From Octopus sinensis (Eukaryota): DNA of 64,000 bases. Of the stretch, positions 49,774-63,243 are shown piece after piece. The notes under the pieces were generated by a model. It was not told where the DNA came from. It did not search any database and saw nothing but the letters and a program-made list of their open reading frames with translations. Position 1 is the stretch's first letter. Every line of letters starts with the position of its first letter. A program made the position numbers and the translations under genes. The DNA lies in the NCBI RefSeq assembly GCF_006345805.1, contig NC_043006.1, positions 30,566,001-30,630,000 on the forward strand, in the 5' to 3' direction.

Positions 49774-49812
<39 letters not shown>

Positions 49813-49879
49813 CAGCTATGCATGCAAGTATGGGCATGTGTATATGATAAAGTTTTTTTTTAAAATTTTAATGTATATA

Positions 49880-50041
49880 GGCACAGGGGTGACTGTGTGG
49901 TAAGAAGTTTACTTCCCAACCAAATGGTTCCAAGTTCAGTCCCCCTGCATGGCACCTTAGGCAAGTGTCTTCTACTATATAGCCTTAGGCTGACCAAAGC
50001 CTTGTAAGTGGATCTGCTAGACAGAAACTGGAAGAAGCCTG

Positions 50042-50083
<42 letters not shown>

Positions 50084-50312
50084 TGTATATATAATATAAT
50101 ATAATATATATGTGTGTGTCCTTGTGTCTGTTCCCCACCACTGCTTTGAAAATTGGTGTTGGTGTGTTTATGTCCCTGTAACTTAGCAGTTTGGCAAAAG
50201 AGACTGATAGAATAAGTACCACTCTTACAAAAGAAGTCTTGGGTTGATTCATTCTTCAAGGTGGTGCTCTAGAATAGTCGCAGTGAAATGACTGAAACAT
50301 GTAAAAGATAAA
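49880..50312 (+). mobile_element. SINE family A copy with expanded internal (TA)n
   Basis: Reverse complement of the 43085-43498 pattern. Confidence 0.8.
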
Positions 50313-50358
50313 AGGTTCTGCAATGTGTGTGTGTGTGTGTGTGTGTCATTTACTGGCA

Positions 50359-50678
50359 AACTGGCACTCCATCGGTTACAATGATGAGGATCCCAATTGA
50401 TTCGAGCAACAGAACAGCTTCCTCATCAAATTAACATGCAAGTGGCTGAGTACTCCACAGACACATGTGCCCTTAATATCGTTCTCAGGGAGATTCAGCA
50501 TGACAGAATGTGACAAGGCTGGCCCCTTATGAATGACAGGTACAACTTGATTTTATCAACTGAGTGGACTGAAGCAACATGAAATAAAGCGTCTTGCTCA
50601 AGGACACAGTCCATCTCTGGGAATCGAACTCATGACTTGATGATTATGAGCCAAATCCCCTAACCACTAAGCTACATG
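50359..50678 (-). mobile_element. tRNA-derived SINE family D (inverted copy)
   Basis: Reverse complement colinear with 47071-47376. Confidence 0.75.
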
Positions 50679-52107
50679 TCATCACATCATTTGCTACATG
50701 TGGCCTTGTAAGCTATTCTGTGTCAGTGTAAATATGTTGTTTTCCCATGTGTGGGAGGCTGTCTGTTATTTTTCATAATTTTCGGCCCATATTTTAGGCA
50801 AATAAACCACTTTCAGTTGTTTGTATTTAAAACTGTATTTTCTCAAGTGTGTCATTTTATGTGTGTGTGTGTACATATATCTCTATATGTAATGTGTGTG
50901 TGTATGTGTGCCTGTGTTAGTGTGTATATGTAAATATAAAGTAGTAGGTATGTCTCAGTGTGTGTATGTTTTCACAAGTGTATGCAGTTTTGTGCTTGTT
51001 TTAACAAGTGTCTTACTTGTGTCTGTATGTGAATAGATTTCCTTTTCTGCATGTATGTGTTTGTGTAAGTATGTGTCCGTGTGTGTATAGTGGAGGTGGT
51101 GGGGGCTGCATTTCACAGGTTCTTCTCTGTAAATGCTAATTCTTAATTGTCTTTGTGTGAGTGTGTCTTTCTGTTTGTTTCTCTGTATTTGAATATGAGA
51201 AAGGGAGAGGGAGAGAAAGAGAGAGGGAGAGAGAGAGAGTGCATTTGTGTGTGTGTGTGTGTATATGGTTTATTTCTGTGTGTGTGTGTGTGTTATGATG
51301 ATGATGGTGTGTGTGTGTATTTTCCTGTTAAGTACCAATGTGTGTATGTAACAGCTGTTGTGTTTCTGTGTTCTTTTCACTTCTCGACATGTGTGTCTGT
51401 GAATCCCAATGAATTTCACCATTCTTCATTGTGTCTAATTATATTTATCACATTATATCAATAGATACTAATGGGGGAGGGGGTTGTTTCAATTCCTTCT
51501 CTTTGTGTCTTTGGGCATGGATTTCTTTGTCTATGTATGTGTGTGGTATGTATGTGTGTCTAGAAGTGTGCATTTTATGTATTTTTATTAATATTAATAG
51601 ATCTATTCTGTATGCATTTGTGTGTAAATGTGTATTAAACTATGCATGTGTGTGTGTTTGTATGCATATATATTTGTCACAAATATCAACATCATCATCA
51701 TCATCATCATCATCATCCAATTTTAATGTCTATTTTTTTCCATGCCAGCATGGGTTAGATGGCTCCCATAATATCTTGTTGCTCACTGTCGTTCATCACC
51801 ATCTGCCACAACACAATTATAAAATAAACTCGGCCACTCTGCAGTTGTGTTTGTCTGTGACATTTAGTTTTTGATCTGTGGATATTCCTCTTAACTGCAA
51901 CTACTTCAAAGCTTAGACTCATTGTATCTTATTGTGCCATTAATTCTAAAGGGATTCTTTGCGTTAGGATTAAAGACTCCTCTCTACTTTTGCAACAGGT
52001 CTTACTCAGTCTTATGGCTTTTCTTTGGTTGGTTGTCTCTGCTGTGTTTTGCAGAATCTCCTTACTTTTTGTGTGGAAAATGGCTTACCCTTCCTGTCAT
52101 TTCACAT

Positions 52108-52286
52108 GTGCAGGTATGACTGTGTGTAGTAAGGAGCTTGCTTCCTAACCACATGGTTCTGGGTTCAGTCCCACAGCTTGACACCTTGGTCAAGTGTCTT
52201 CTACTATAGTCCTGGCTGACCAACACCTTGTGAGTGAGTGGACTTAGGGGACAGAAATTAAAGAGGCAAGTCACATATAAGTGTAT

Positions 52287-52322
<36 letters not shown>

Positions 52323-52515
52323 ACACACTGCTGCTTGACTATTGGTGTTGGTATGCTTATGTCCTGTAACTTAGCAGTTTGGCAAAAGAAACTGATAGCA
52401 TAAGTATCAGGCTTAAAAAATATGGACATCCAGGTTGATTCATTTGGCTAGAAATCCTTCAAGGTGGTGCCTCAGTATGGCCACAGTGTAATGACTAAAA
52501 CAAGTAAAAGATAAA
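52108..52515 (+). mobile_element. SINE family A copy
   Basis: Same head, body and tail as other copies. Confidence 0.8.
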
Positions 52516-52809
52516 GACCTCTATTCTTCTTTCCACTTTGTATGTGTGTTTATATTGATGTATATATGTAAGTAATTAAATTTATTTGTGTATATGCAGT
52601 GTATGCAATATTAGTGCTTGTGTTGTTGTTGTTTTTGTTGGTCTGGTCCGAACGCTGTGTCTGCGCCATGTATGTTTGTCTGTATGTACTAATGTATGTT
52701 ATTATATGTAAAAATGGTGTATATGTTGGCAAGTGTATGTTTACGTGCGTCTGTGTAAGATTGTGTGTGTGTATGCATATATATTATGTGTGTGTATTGT
52801 ATGTATGCA

Positions 52810-52844
<35 letters not shown>

Positions 52845-54419
52845 CAAGTGTGTTTTATAGTTGCAATGAGCCATGACTCACTTGCGTATTTGGTTGAAAT
52901 TCAACAAATGAGATATTGGTGTTTCTTTGTCTGCAGCTGAATGGAAGATGAGTGCAGCTTCATTGTTGCATGAGCAGCGTGTTGAATGGCAGAATGGATG
53001 CAGTGGGAAACAGACTTACACAAGCACACACACACACACACACACACGCATGTACACGCATGGAAACATCTGTATGTATATGTGCATTTATATATTCGTT
53101 TGTCTGTCAGTCGAAGCGTCATCATCATCGTCAATATTATCATTTAATGTCCATTTTCCGCACTGGCATGGGTTAGATGGTTTGACTGGAGCTGGCAAGG
53201 TCAGGGGCTGCACCACGCTCCCATTGTCTGTTCTAGTATGGTTTCTACTGCTGGATGTCCTTCCTAATGCCAACCACTTTACAGAGTATAATAGGTGCTT
53301 TTTACATGGCACCAGCACTGTACTTTTTATGTTTTAGGATATCTATACATATACACACATACATCATCATCATCATCATCATTATTATCATCATCATCAC
53401 GTCCACTTTTCTATGCTTGCATGGGTTGCACAGAATTTATTGAGGCACATTTTCTACAGCTGGATGCTCTTCCTGTTGCCAAACTTTATTAGTTTAGTCA
53501 TGGGACTGCAGCGAGGCGGTTTGTGAAGAAGTAGCAGAAGAGCTCAACTGAGCCAACGGTGTTTCTCAAATTGATGCTAAGTGGAGGAATCCTTGAAGAT
53601 CAATGGTCAGGATCACCAAGTTCTATCAAGAGAGCAACTACAATGCATCCAGAGGGTTGGTGGCCATGGTTGTGTAATCAGCCAATGAAATCATTATGAC
53701 TCAAGGCCCTAATTCAAATTCATAATAATGAACTTGGATGGTGACAAGAGAGTCTCAGGAATCTACAAAAGCAGCATGACCAAAACGAAGATATATATTG
53801 ACCTCTTGTGATCTATATTCCTGTAACACACAATACTACCCTCATGCTTCAATTCATGTTATGAAGGCAGTGAGCTGGCAGAAATTGTTAGCACACCAAG
53901 CGAAATGCTTTGCGGTATTTCATTTGCCGTTATGTTCTGAGTTCAAATTCCACTGAGGTCGACTTTGCCTTTCATTCTTTCGGGGTTGATTAAATAAGTA
54001 CCAGTTACACACTGGGGTCAATGTAATTGACTGAATCCTTTTTCTCTTGTTTGTCCCCTCTATGTTTAGCTCCCTGTGAGTAATAAAGAAATAAATACAT
54101 ACATGTCATACTCTCACCTTGTTCTAGTTGTTTGCCTATCTATTGGTTTATTCTATTGCACACATCCTGGCTCAATTGAAACTCTGCCTTTAGCTAATCC
54201 TCATTAGGCAGCCGCAACATCCTTGCATTTCAATCTGCAAATCAAGTTGGAGGTTTAAGCAGCAATGCTAATTGCATTTACCTTACATCATCAGATGCAA
54301 CATTAACTGAGTTTTATAAATATATATCTTAGATAACTTAAATTAGTTTTGGCTGTTATCAGCCCAGGCCATGACTAACTTAATAGCACCACCTGGAAAA
54401 GTCTTTTAATTAATTATTT

Positions 54420-54700
54420 CAGGATACCATGGACCACTCAAGCAGAGAGTTGTTGTTGGCTGAGATGTGTCCAAGTGTAGGTGTCTTACCCAGTATTTTG
54501 TGGAGGAATTTGTCCAGGTACTTTTTGAAAGTTGTGGAGTCTTTTTCTACTTTAATCTCTTTCAGGATAACATTGAAAGAACAGGACCGTTTGCAGTGGA
54601 GAAATTATGTTGCAATGTTCTTATGTGATGTGATCTCGACCTTTGTAGGGAATGCATTGCTTGGGGTCCTAATCTTGGGTGAATTGTAAACATAAAACTG
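54420..54700 (-). mobile_element. CR1-like LINE 3' end fragment
   Basis: CSFNVILKEIKVEKDSTTFKKYLDKFLHKILGKTPTLGHISANNNSLLEW parallels the 24577-24905 terminus. Confidence 0.65.
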
Positions 54701-54791
54701 ATATCATTTGGATAATATTGGTAGAATATTTTCCACATTGTGCAAATAATGTATCGCTCATAGCTGTGTTGCAGAGAATAGTTTCAGCTGT

Positions 54792-55008
54792 TTAACCCTT
54801 TTGTTATTGTATTAATTTTGAGATGCTCTGTGTTTGTTTCAATTACTTTAAATATAACAAAGAATTTAGTAAAATAACTTAGTTATCTTTCAGCTAGTGT
54901 TAGGAACATAAATTGTGACTAAGGTTTGGTGGAAGACTTTAATTCAAAGCTTATGAAAACAAGACATTTGTACTCGGAGCCAGAGCTGGTTTCAGCCGGG
55001 TTGGTAAT
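54792..55008. mobile_element. MITE family F, right end truncated
   Basis: Near-identical to 47466-47690. Confidence 0.75.
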
Positions 55009-55324
55009 GTTATTGGATTCTCATTAGTGATGTCTCCATCCATTGGCCAATCCCAGAGATAGAACCACAGCCTATCTGTTTATCATCATCATCATCATCA
55101 ATACTCAGCAATTACAGTCGCTACTAATTTGCATACCATACTAACTAAATGTATGTAAGTGCATGTATGTATTTATATATGCTTTTATGTATGTATATGT
55201 GCGTGTATATTTATATTATATACACACGCATCATATATGCATCTGTGTGTGTGTGTGTGTGTGTCTGTGTGTATGCATTTATATATATCATTTAATGAAT
55301 TGGAAAGTGTGCGTTTTATACACA

Positions 55325-55700
55325 GCTTTCCAAGAATCATTCTCTCTTTGGTCCAGATCCTCTTCATTGAGAGAATGGATTATCCTTGGAATGTAATTTT
55401 CCCAATGATAGAAGAGCTTCAAAATGCAATGGATGCTTGATTTTGAAATTCCTGTCTCAAGACTTGCTTGTCAAAACGGATTTTCTTGAACTCAGGCAAC
55501 AAGTTTCTAACACCGTTTTCCATTTGCTGAGGTTGTTGGTGTCCACAAGTCTTCCAAAACATTTCTTGTGGACATTCAGAACTGCTCCATCTACTTCAAA
55601 CTCATCTCTAATTCAAGTGATGGTAAGCTGCAACAGTAGATCTGTTTGAAACTCCCTCCTAAACTCTCTTCTTTGCTCTTGGACTGCATTGAGTTATCAT
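55325..55700 (-). mobile_element. Tc1/mariner-superfamily transposase N-terminal fragment
   Basis: With one frameshift: TIT*IRDEFEVDGAVLNVHKKCFGR...SSRKSV / QASLETGISKSSIHCILK...YIPRIIHSLNEEDLDQR (HTH regions). Confidence 0.65.
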
Positions 55701-57469
55701 TAACTGTTTAAGTGTGTATACATTTGGGGGTGGGGGGACACCTTATATACATACATACACACATGGAGATGTGTGTAAATATACAGACACGCAGACACAT
55801 ACATGTGCACATATGTCTATATTTGTGGATAGTGAAATAGATAGATTGATAATGTATAATTTGGAGAAGTGATATATAGAGTAACGGGTGGGTGGGGGAA
55901 GGGTAAGGTGTAAGTGCAGCGAAGGGATAGAGAGATGGTGTTAGATGTGTGGGGTAATGGAAAGGGAGCGATAAATATCATTGGAAGATTTAAAGAAAGA
56001 GGGAGGATGAGTGGGGTGAGAGATGGATAAATGAATAGTTTATTCATTTGAGCTGTGGGGGGAGGAGTGAGGAGGAGTAGGTAGTGTAAAGATGGGGGCG
56101 GGGGAGGAAGGAGGAAAGTGCTTCATTAGATTGCTGGGTGGAAGTATGGGGGTGGAGGTGGGGGAGCATAAGGATAAGTAAATAGGGGAGAAGTTGAATA
56201 TGGGTGGTTGAGTTGACTGATGGCAGGAAGTGATGGAGACAGGAAAGCGATGGAGATTGAAAAAGACAGGAAAGATAGATGTATTGAAAGATAAGTTGGG
56301 AGATAATTTAAGGAGAGAGAGAGAGAGAGGGGGGAGGGGAGTGATTATCTTGAAGTAATAAAAAAGATTTTCCTTCTTTTCAAAAGAGAGGCTATAAGGA
56401 GAGAGAGAGGGGGGAGGGTCCTGTGCCAGGATTCTGGTGCAGTGAAAAGGAATGGATGTCATGAGTTGTGTTAAGATGTTGTCTCTGAAGTGATGAGGAA
56501 GTCTGAGGAAAAATAAGCCAAGAAAAGTGCAAGTTGAGAAGCTCACTTTGCAACCATGTGGTTTCAAGTTCAATTCCACTCCACAACTACACCTTGGGTA
56601 AGTTTCTTTGCCTGTAGTCCCCCTCTTGGGCCGGCTAATGTTGTATGAATGAGGAGGAATCTGATTGATGGAAACTGTGTGGAAGCCCATCGTTTCTTTT
56701 AGCTTTTATCTTTTATTGTTTCAGTCATTAGACTGTGGCCATGCTGGGGCACCACCTTGAAGGGTTTTAGTCAAACAAATCAATCCCAGGACTTATTTTT
56801 TTAAGACTGGTTCTTTGTCTATTGGTCACAAAGTCAGCAATTTTTAGGGCGGGACGTTATGTGATGGCATTGACAGAAGTACTTGATTCTGCTATATTTT
56901 TATTCTGTGAAATTCTGGAGGGGAGAAAGGCAAAGTCAACCTCCATGGGATTTGAACTCATAATGTTAAGAACTGGAAGAAATTCTGAAAAGCAATTTCT
57001 GCTGTAAACATTTTGCCAGTGTGTTGTCTTTATTATAATGATCGTTTCTAACCTCAGCAGAAGGTTAACAATTTTGCCGGGTGGAGGATTAAGGGTTAGG
57101 GATTGGTTGATATCATTGACCCCAGTCCTTCACTTGTACTTTGATTCATTGAACTCTGGAGGGAAGACGTCAACATTGATCTTGACACAGTTTGAACTTA
57201 GAACAGAAAGAAACAAGGCAAATGTCGCAAGGCATTTTTCTGATGTCAGTCGTTCACCCTTTAATAATAATTATAATAATAAGCCTTTCTATTATAGGCA
57301 CAATGCCTGAAATTTTAGGGGAGGGTGTTAAGTTGATTACAATGACCCCAGCATGTAACTGGTACTTAAATGATCAACCCCGAAAGGATGAAATGCAAAG
57401 TCGACCTTGGTGGAATTTGAACTCTGAATGTAATTATAATAATCATTAGTCTTGTCCCCAAAATAGTTG

Positions 57470-57800
57470 TGACATGATGAAGTAGCAAAAATGCTACATT
57501 GGAATCTATGTGAAAGGTGGGGTCTAGAGAGAGGCCAGGTATGGTATGAGCACAAACCAGAGAGAGTGGTGGAGTTGGAGACCTGCAAAATATCTTGAGT
57601 ACGGAATATACTGGCTATGGAAAATGAAGAAAGTGAAGAGAGTGCCAATTATTGTTGGGTCCTTGGGGACAGTATCAGAAGGTATCAAGAGGAATATAAA
57701 GGAAATCGGAATAGAGTGCCCAGTAGAACTGTTACAAAAGGTTTATCTCCTTGGCACAGCCAATAATCAGGAAAGTATTAGTTGAAAAGAACAGATAGCA
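57470..57800 (+). mobile_element. R4/Dong-like (REL endonuclease) LINE 3' fragment, internally deleted
   Basis: HDEVAKMLHWNLCERWGL...WYEHKPERVVE joined to KY...WKMKKVKRVPIIVGSLGTV...ELLQKVYLLGTA. Confidence 0.7.
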
Positions 57801-59254
57801 TGGTACTATAGGCTGCAAGTGGCAAGACTTTGTGATGAAAATAATAATCATGATAATTCTTTCTACTATCGGCAGCAAAAGGCCTGAAATTAGTTGGTGA
57901 GGAGGTTAGTTGATTAGATTGACCCCAGTGCGTGATTGCTAATTATATTGTTGACCTTGAAAGGATTAAAAGTAAAGTTATTTAAAGTTCCGGCACAAGA
58001 CAAGGCAATATTTTGGAGGGATTAGGGGTTAGTTGATTACATTGACTCCCCCCCCCCAACTTGTCCTTTATTTTATTGACACTAAAAGAGATGAAAGACA
58101 AAGTTGACCTCAACAGCATTTGAACTCAGAACATAAGGAACTGAATGAAAGGCTTCATGGGATTTTGTCCTGTGTTCCACCGATTCTGCCAATAACATAA
58201 ACTTCCTATATTGGCACAAAACCATGTCAAAGATTGAATGAATTCCTCAGGATCTTATTTGCAGCACTTTGGGCAAATGTTTTCTATAACTCTGAGTTGA
58301 CCAATTCCTTGTGAGTGAATTAGATAGACGGAAACTGTGTAGAAGCCTGTCATATATATATTATTTTGTTTATGTTGCATGTATCTGAAGATGACAAAGT
58401 TATCAGCTTTACATTTTGTGGGTCCTGAGGTGACTTATTAGGCCAATTTTGTCAGGGAGTATGGGGTTACAACAGGTGGGGGTACCTAATAGCAGAGTCA
58501 AGACTGTTGGACTCTTGGTTTCCATGCAGCTCTCTTCTCTTTATTTGCTCTGCTCATGTCAGATTCACAGTACTGTACTCCAGAGTGCACAGCCCTATGC
58601 CACAGGGAGCCATCTTGAGCAAAAGGGTCCCAAGACTACTCGAAGCTACACTTTTCCAAGGTTATATGTATGTGTGTATGTCTTTGTATTTCACCGCCCC
58701 CCCCCCCCCACTATCACTGACAACTGGAAGGTTGGAAGAATGCAAGGCCCCAGATCAAAACCCCAACTTTCTTCTCCTTCCACTTACAACATTTTAGGAA
58801 GTGATTCTCTTTTTGTGAATGGCAAGACATGATTCTACCTGTTTTAGAAATGGAGGAATAAAAGAAAAAGTTCACTCCTAACATTGCCAAAGACATCCAG
58901 TTGACAGTTGTGGATGGTTCTTAGTTGGAACTCTGCTTATTTCAAATTTAGGAAGAACCAGAAGAGAAAACACAAAAATACTGGGAGTAGGTACTGAATG
59001 ATAAATGGTGGGAGGATTCTTTTCCATCTCCTTTAGCCATTCGAAACTTTTTTTTTTATTAGTCATCATCATCACCATCATCATCATTTGTAGCATCAGC
59101 AGAAGCAGTAGTAGTGGTAGTAGTTAATATGAGAGTAGCAGCAGCTGATGCACTGATGTTGAGGGGTAGGATTGGGGTGTTAATGGTAGTGCCAGTAGTA
59201 GTAGTAGTACTAGTAGTAGTAGTAGTAGTAGTAGTTGCTGTTGTTGTTGTAACA

Positions 59255-59440
59255 ACTTGGTTCTCATTGCTTGCTATTTAGTCCCAGGTCAGAGCTATGA
59301 TCAAAGGCATTCCAACTGTGACTATCCTGTCTTTCTCCAGGTTCACATTTAATGTACCCTCTTTTAAGAGAGTTGTGATTTGAGAGAGATATTTTAGCTG
59401 CTATTTCTAGCGAGTAAGTAACCATGTAGTGGCTCCCTCA
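59255..59440 (-). repeat. Interspersed repeat family G (unclassified, SINE-like)
   Basis: Motifs tttagtcccaggtcag...atgatcaaaggcattcc and gtgatttgagagagat...gctgctatttctag; copies near 4020-4220, 19255-19760, 20775-21190, 31120-31290, 46400-46520. Confidence 0.6.
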
Positions 59441-59490
59441 GCAGAGGTAGCAAAACTATTGATAGTTATTACTAAAGAGAAATAATAAAT

Positions 59491-60035
59491 ATTGTTGTCA
59501 TCATCATCACCATCATCATCATTTTTATCATCATCACTACCACACCACCCTCACCAACATCATCACCATCATCATCGTTTTTATCACCACCACCACCACC
59601 ATCGTCATCATCACAACCACTACCTTCACAATCACCATCCTCATCATCGTCATCATCACCACCACTACCACACCATCATCACCATCATCATCGTTTTTAT
59701 CACCACCACCACCACCGTCATCATCACAACCACTACCTTCACCATCACCATTCTCATCATCATCATCATCACAACCCTCACCAACATCATCGTTTTTATC
59801 ACCACCACCACCACCACCACCATCATCACAACCACTACCTTCACCATCACCATTCTCATCATCGTCATCATCACCACCACTACCACACCACCCTCACCAT
59901 CATCATCACCATCATCATCGTTTTTATCACCACCACCACCACCATCATCATCACAACCACTACCTTCACCATTACCATCCTCGTCATCGTCGCCACCACT
60001 ACCACACCACCCTCACCAACATCATCATCGTCATA
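59491..60035. repeat. Compound CAT/CAC trinucleotide array with higher-order blocks
   Basis: Recurrent blocks catcatcgtttttatcacc and acaaccactaccttcaccatcacc. Confidence 0.9.
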
Positions 60036-60200
60036 AATAACAACAATGACAGCTAAGAGCAATATTTCTCATTCAGCTCATGTGGTGTTTTGGGCTTGGC
60101 TGCTCTTTTGGGTGGAGTGAGAGATGAGTCGACTGAAAGCTGAACTTGTGCCACCCACCTACTAAACTAGATATTTCTATCTCTTGTGTCATCCCATGTA

Positions 60201-60560
60201 GGTGCAGGCGTGGCAGTGTGGCTGATAAGCTTGCTTCCCAACCACATGGTTCTGTGTTCAGTCCCACTGCTTGGCACTTGGACAAGTGTTTTCTACTATA
60301 GCCCCAGGCCAACCAAAGCCTTGTGAGTGGATTTGGTAGATGGAAACTGAAAGAAGTCCGTCGTATATGTGCGTGTGTGTGTGTGTGTGTCTTTGTGTGT
60401 GTGTGTGTGTGTGTGTTTGTCTCCTTACCAATGCTCAATGTCCCTGTAACTTAGCAGTTTGGCAAAAACGTAAATAAAATAAGTACCTGGCTTAAAAAGG
60501 AATTAAGTCTTGGGGTTAATTCTTTTGACTAAAATTTCTCCAAGTTGGTGCCCCATGCCA
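60201..60560 (+). mobile_element. SINE family A copy
   Basis: Same head and body; tail degraded. Confidence 0.75.
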
Positions 60561-61070
60561 GCCCAGTAGATGGTTGCTTTGGAGTTGTTACAGCATGCAG
60601 CCATTGTGTTATCAGAAGAGGTGACTGCAAGGCATGAAAACTTCCAAACAACGGACTACTGAGCCAATCTAAATAAGCTGTTGCACCTTATGTTGATATT
60701 GAGTACTTCTCAGCATCGTTACTCATCAATGGACAAGCATACACACACACACATGCGCACTGAGTGCTACTCAGCATCCAATTCAGTCTCCAATCCAGAT
60801 GACACCATTTAATGTCTGTTTTCTGTGCTGGCATGGGTTAGACAATAGATATATTGTTTTATTCTTTTACTTGTTGTCTCAGTCATTTGACTGTGGCCAT
60901 GCTGGAGCACCATGCCCTGAAGGGTTTTAGTCAAACAAATTGAGCTCAGGACTAATTTTTAAAATCTAGTGCTTATTCTATCAGTCTCCTTTGGAGAACC
61001 ACTAAGTTATGGGGATGTAAATACACCAACACTGGTTGTCAAGTGGTGATGTGGTGGGGACAAACATAGA

Positions 61071-61104
<34 letters not shown>

Positions 61105-62822
61105 CCAAGTTGGTGGCTGATCAAAATTTACTCTAAGTTAAAAAGTGAGAGAGAGAAAATCACACATACATCCTAATGTATGTGGCCCTGTGGTTAGGAT
61201 ATTGATAGATCATGAGTTCAATTCCCAGACCAGGTAGCCCGTTATGTTCTCGAGCAAAATATTTCATTTCACTTTGTTCCAGTTCACTCAGCTGTAAATA
61301 GGATAAACCTGCAACAGAATACCCTTCCAGTCAAGGGAAATGTTGGCCTGCCTGCCTAGCCACAGGGGTGACATCATACAAAAGCTAAAATGATGCGAAA
61401 CACATTGTGATCAGCGATGTATAACAACATCCGTCAGTCTGGTTGATCATGTGATGTGTGTGTGTATATATATCGGGGGAGAGAGAGTAATATAGGGAAA
61501 TCAGTGATACTGATTACAGGAAAATACTTCAAGAAAGTAATTTGCATATGATGAAATCCACTTACAGTAGAATCTCAGATACACACACACACACACACAG
61601 AAACCATCTGCAAGTCCACAGCTGTAAGTGGGATTAACACAATCTTAAGCTGGGGAGAACAGGATAAGGCATTATGCACCAATTGATAAAAGCAATCTCT
61701 TAAAAAGCAAAAAATAGAATTGGTTATTTGCCAAAGTGTGTGTGTGTGTGTGCGTGTATAACTCTTTTTAAGAGTGGGGTCCTTTTTTTTCATGTCTCCT
61801 TTAAACAATGGAATGGTGCAGTCTGAAGGTGCATATCCAGATTTCTTGTTATTTCCAAACCAGGGATGAATGCTTGTAACAATGAACTCTTCAAAAAGTA
61901 TTGTTACATTTGATGCCACTAAGCCATTTGTCAAATTCTTCTACAACCAACCCTAACCTATTGCTTCAGTGCAGATTATTTATGTGCAGAGCATCAACCA
62001 AGTCAACCTTGGAGTCCATGGTTATTAGCACTACTACTTGTCCCTTTGCAAATCCCATCATCATCATCATTATCATCATCATCATCACCATCACCACCAT
62101 CATTATCATCATCACTGGCATCATCATCATCATCATCATCATTACTGGCATCATCATCATCATCATCATTTATATATAAATATATATATAAACAGATAAA
62201 GAATGTGGGTACAAACTGTTAACTTCTAATTTTTTTCCTCTTTGACTAAAAAAAAAATTCTTTTTAATATTTGATAAAGATGGATACATTGAAACTGGTT
62301 ATATTTTAAATCACTCACTCTAACAAAAATATTAAACATTCTCTAAAATATACTTCTGTGCCTTTTCCAACTTACTTTTTTCACCATAATTTTAAATTTG
62401 TATGGACTGTTAACCCCTTTTCAACTATATTTGTAAAGCCAAGTGAAGTAATAGTTGTGGTTGTTGTTGGTGTCACGTAACGGGCACCTGTGCTAGTGGC
62501 ATGTAAAAAGCACCTTTTGAGCCTAGGGTCTCATGGAAGCAATAATAGATGACCAAGACCTCTGGTAATAGGCTGTGCTTGAGAAGAAAACCCATCAAGC
62601 CAAGTGAAATCATAGTCATGGTAGACACTGGTGTCACACTACTGGCACCCATGCCAGTTGCACGTGAAAGCACCCATTACACTCTGCTGAGTGGTTGGTG
62701 TTAGGAAGGTTATCTAGCTGTAGAAACCATGCCAAATCAGACTGGAGCCTGGTGCAGCCCCCCCCCCCCCAGCTTACTAGCTCTGGTTAAACTGTCCAGC
62801 CCATGCCAGCATAGACATCATA

Positions 62823-62884
<62 letters not shown>

Positions 62885-62983
62885 ATAAGATTAGCTCGTA
62901 TACGAGTGGGTATATATTTGTAAAAAATGAAGTTCGAAAATGCTGCTATATTAGACAAATTTTTAATTTTTATATATACATTA

Positions 62984-63033
62984 TTTATTTAACATGTTTC
63001 GGTTCTTGAAATGATGAACCTTATCAAAAAAAA
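62984..63033 (-). ncRNA. Minimal type I hammerhead variant (U3-A8) in the Penelope terminal region
   Basis: Minus strand reads UUUUUU-UUGAUAA-GGUUC-AUCAUUUCAA-GAACC-GAAA-CAUGUU-AAAUAAA: 5-bp stem II, GAAA, palindromic ACAUGU stem III, weak AU stem I. Confidence 0.6.
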
Positions 63034-63243
63034 TTATATATAAAAAAGATAGTTCATGCTATCAAATATAAAAAAATTCATATATAATATACAATAGAGT
63101 CAGACATCAAAAGTTCATATATAGTGAAGTGAATTCATGCTATATGTTTAAATAGTATGATGTAGTAGTTCATAGTGGTGATATGCATTCAATATAAAAA
63201 ATTGATGTTCTTGAAAAAGCGAGGAATTCATTTTAGATTTTAC

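Noticed and set aside
53500-53870. Unique-looking segment considered as a LINE 3' end or exon
   Set aside because: The frames I translated gave no recognisable motif.
55886-55903. G-quadruplex motif GGGTGGGTGGGGGAAGGG
   Set aside because: Real motif, but it lies in a generic GA-rich low-complexity tract with nothing suggesting function.
59492-60062. His-rich 182-aa ORF and antisense Met/Val ORFs as genes
   Set aside because: Products of a triplet repeat lacking stop codons; no splice or domain support.
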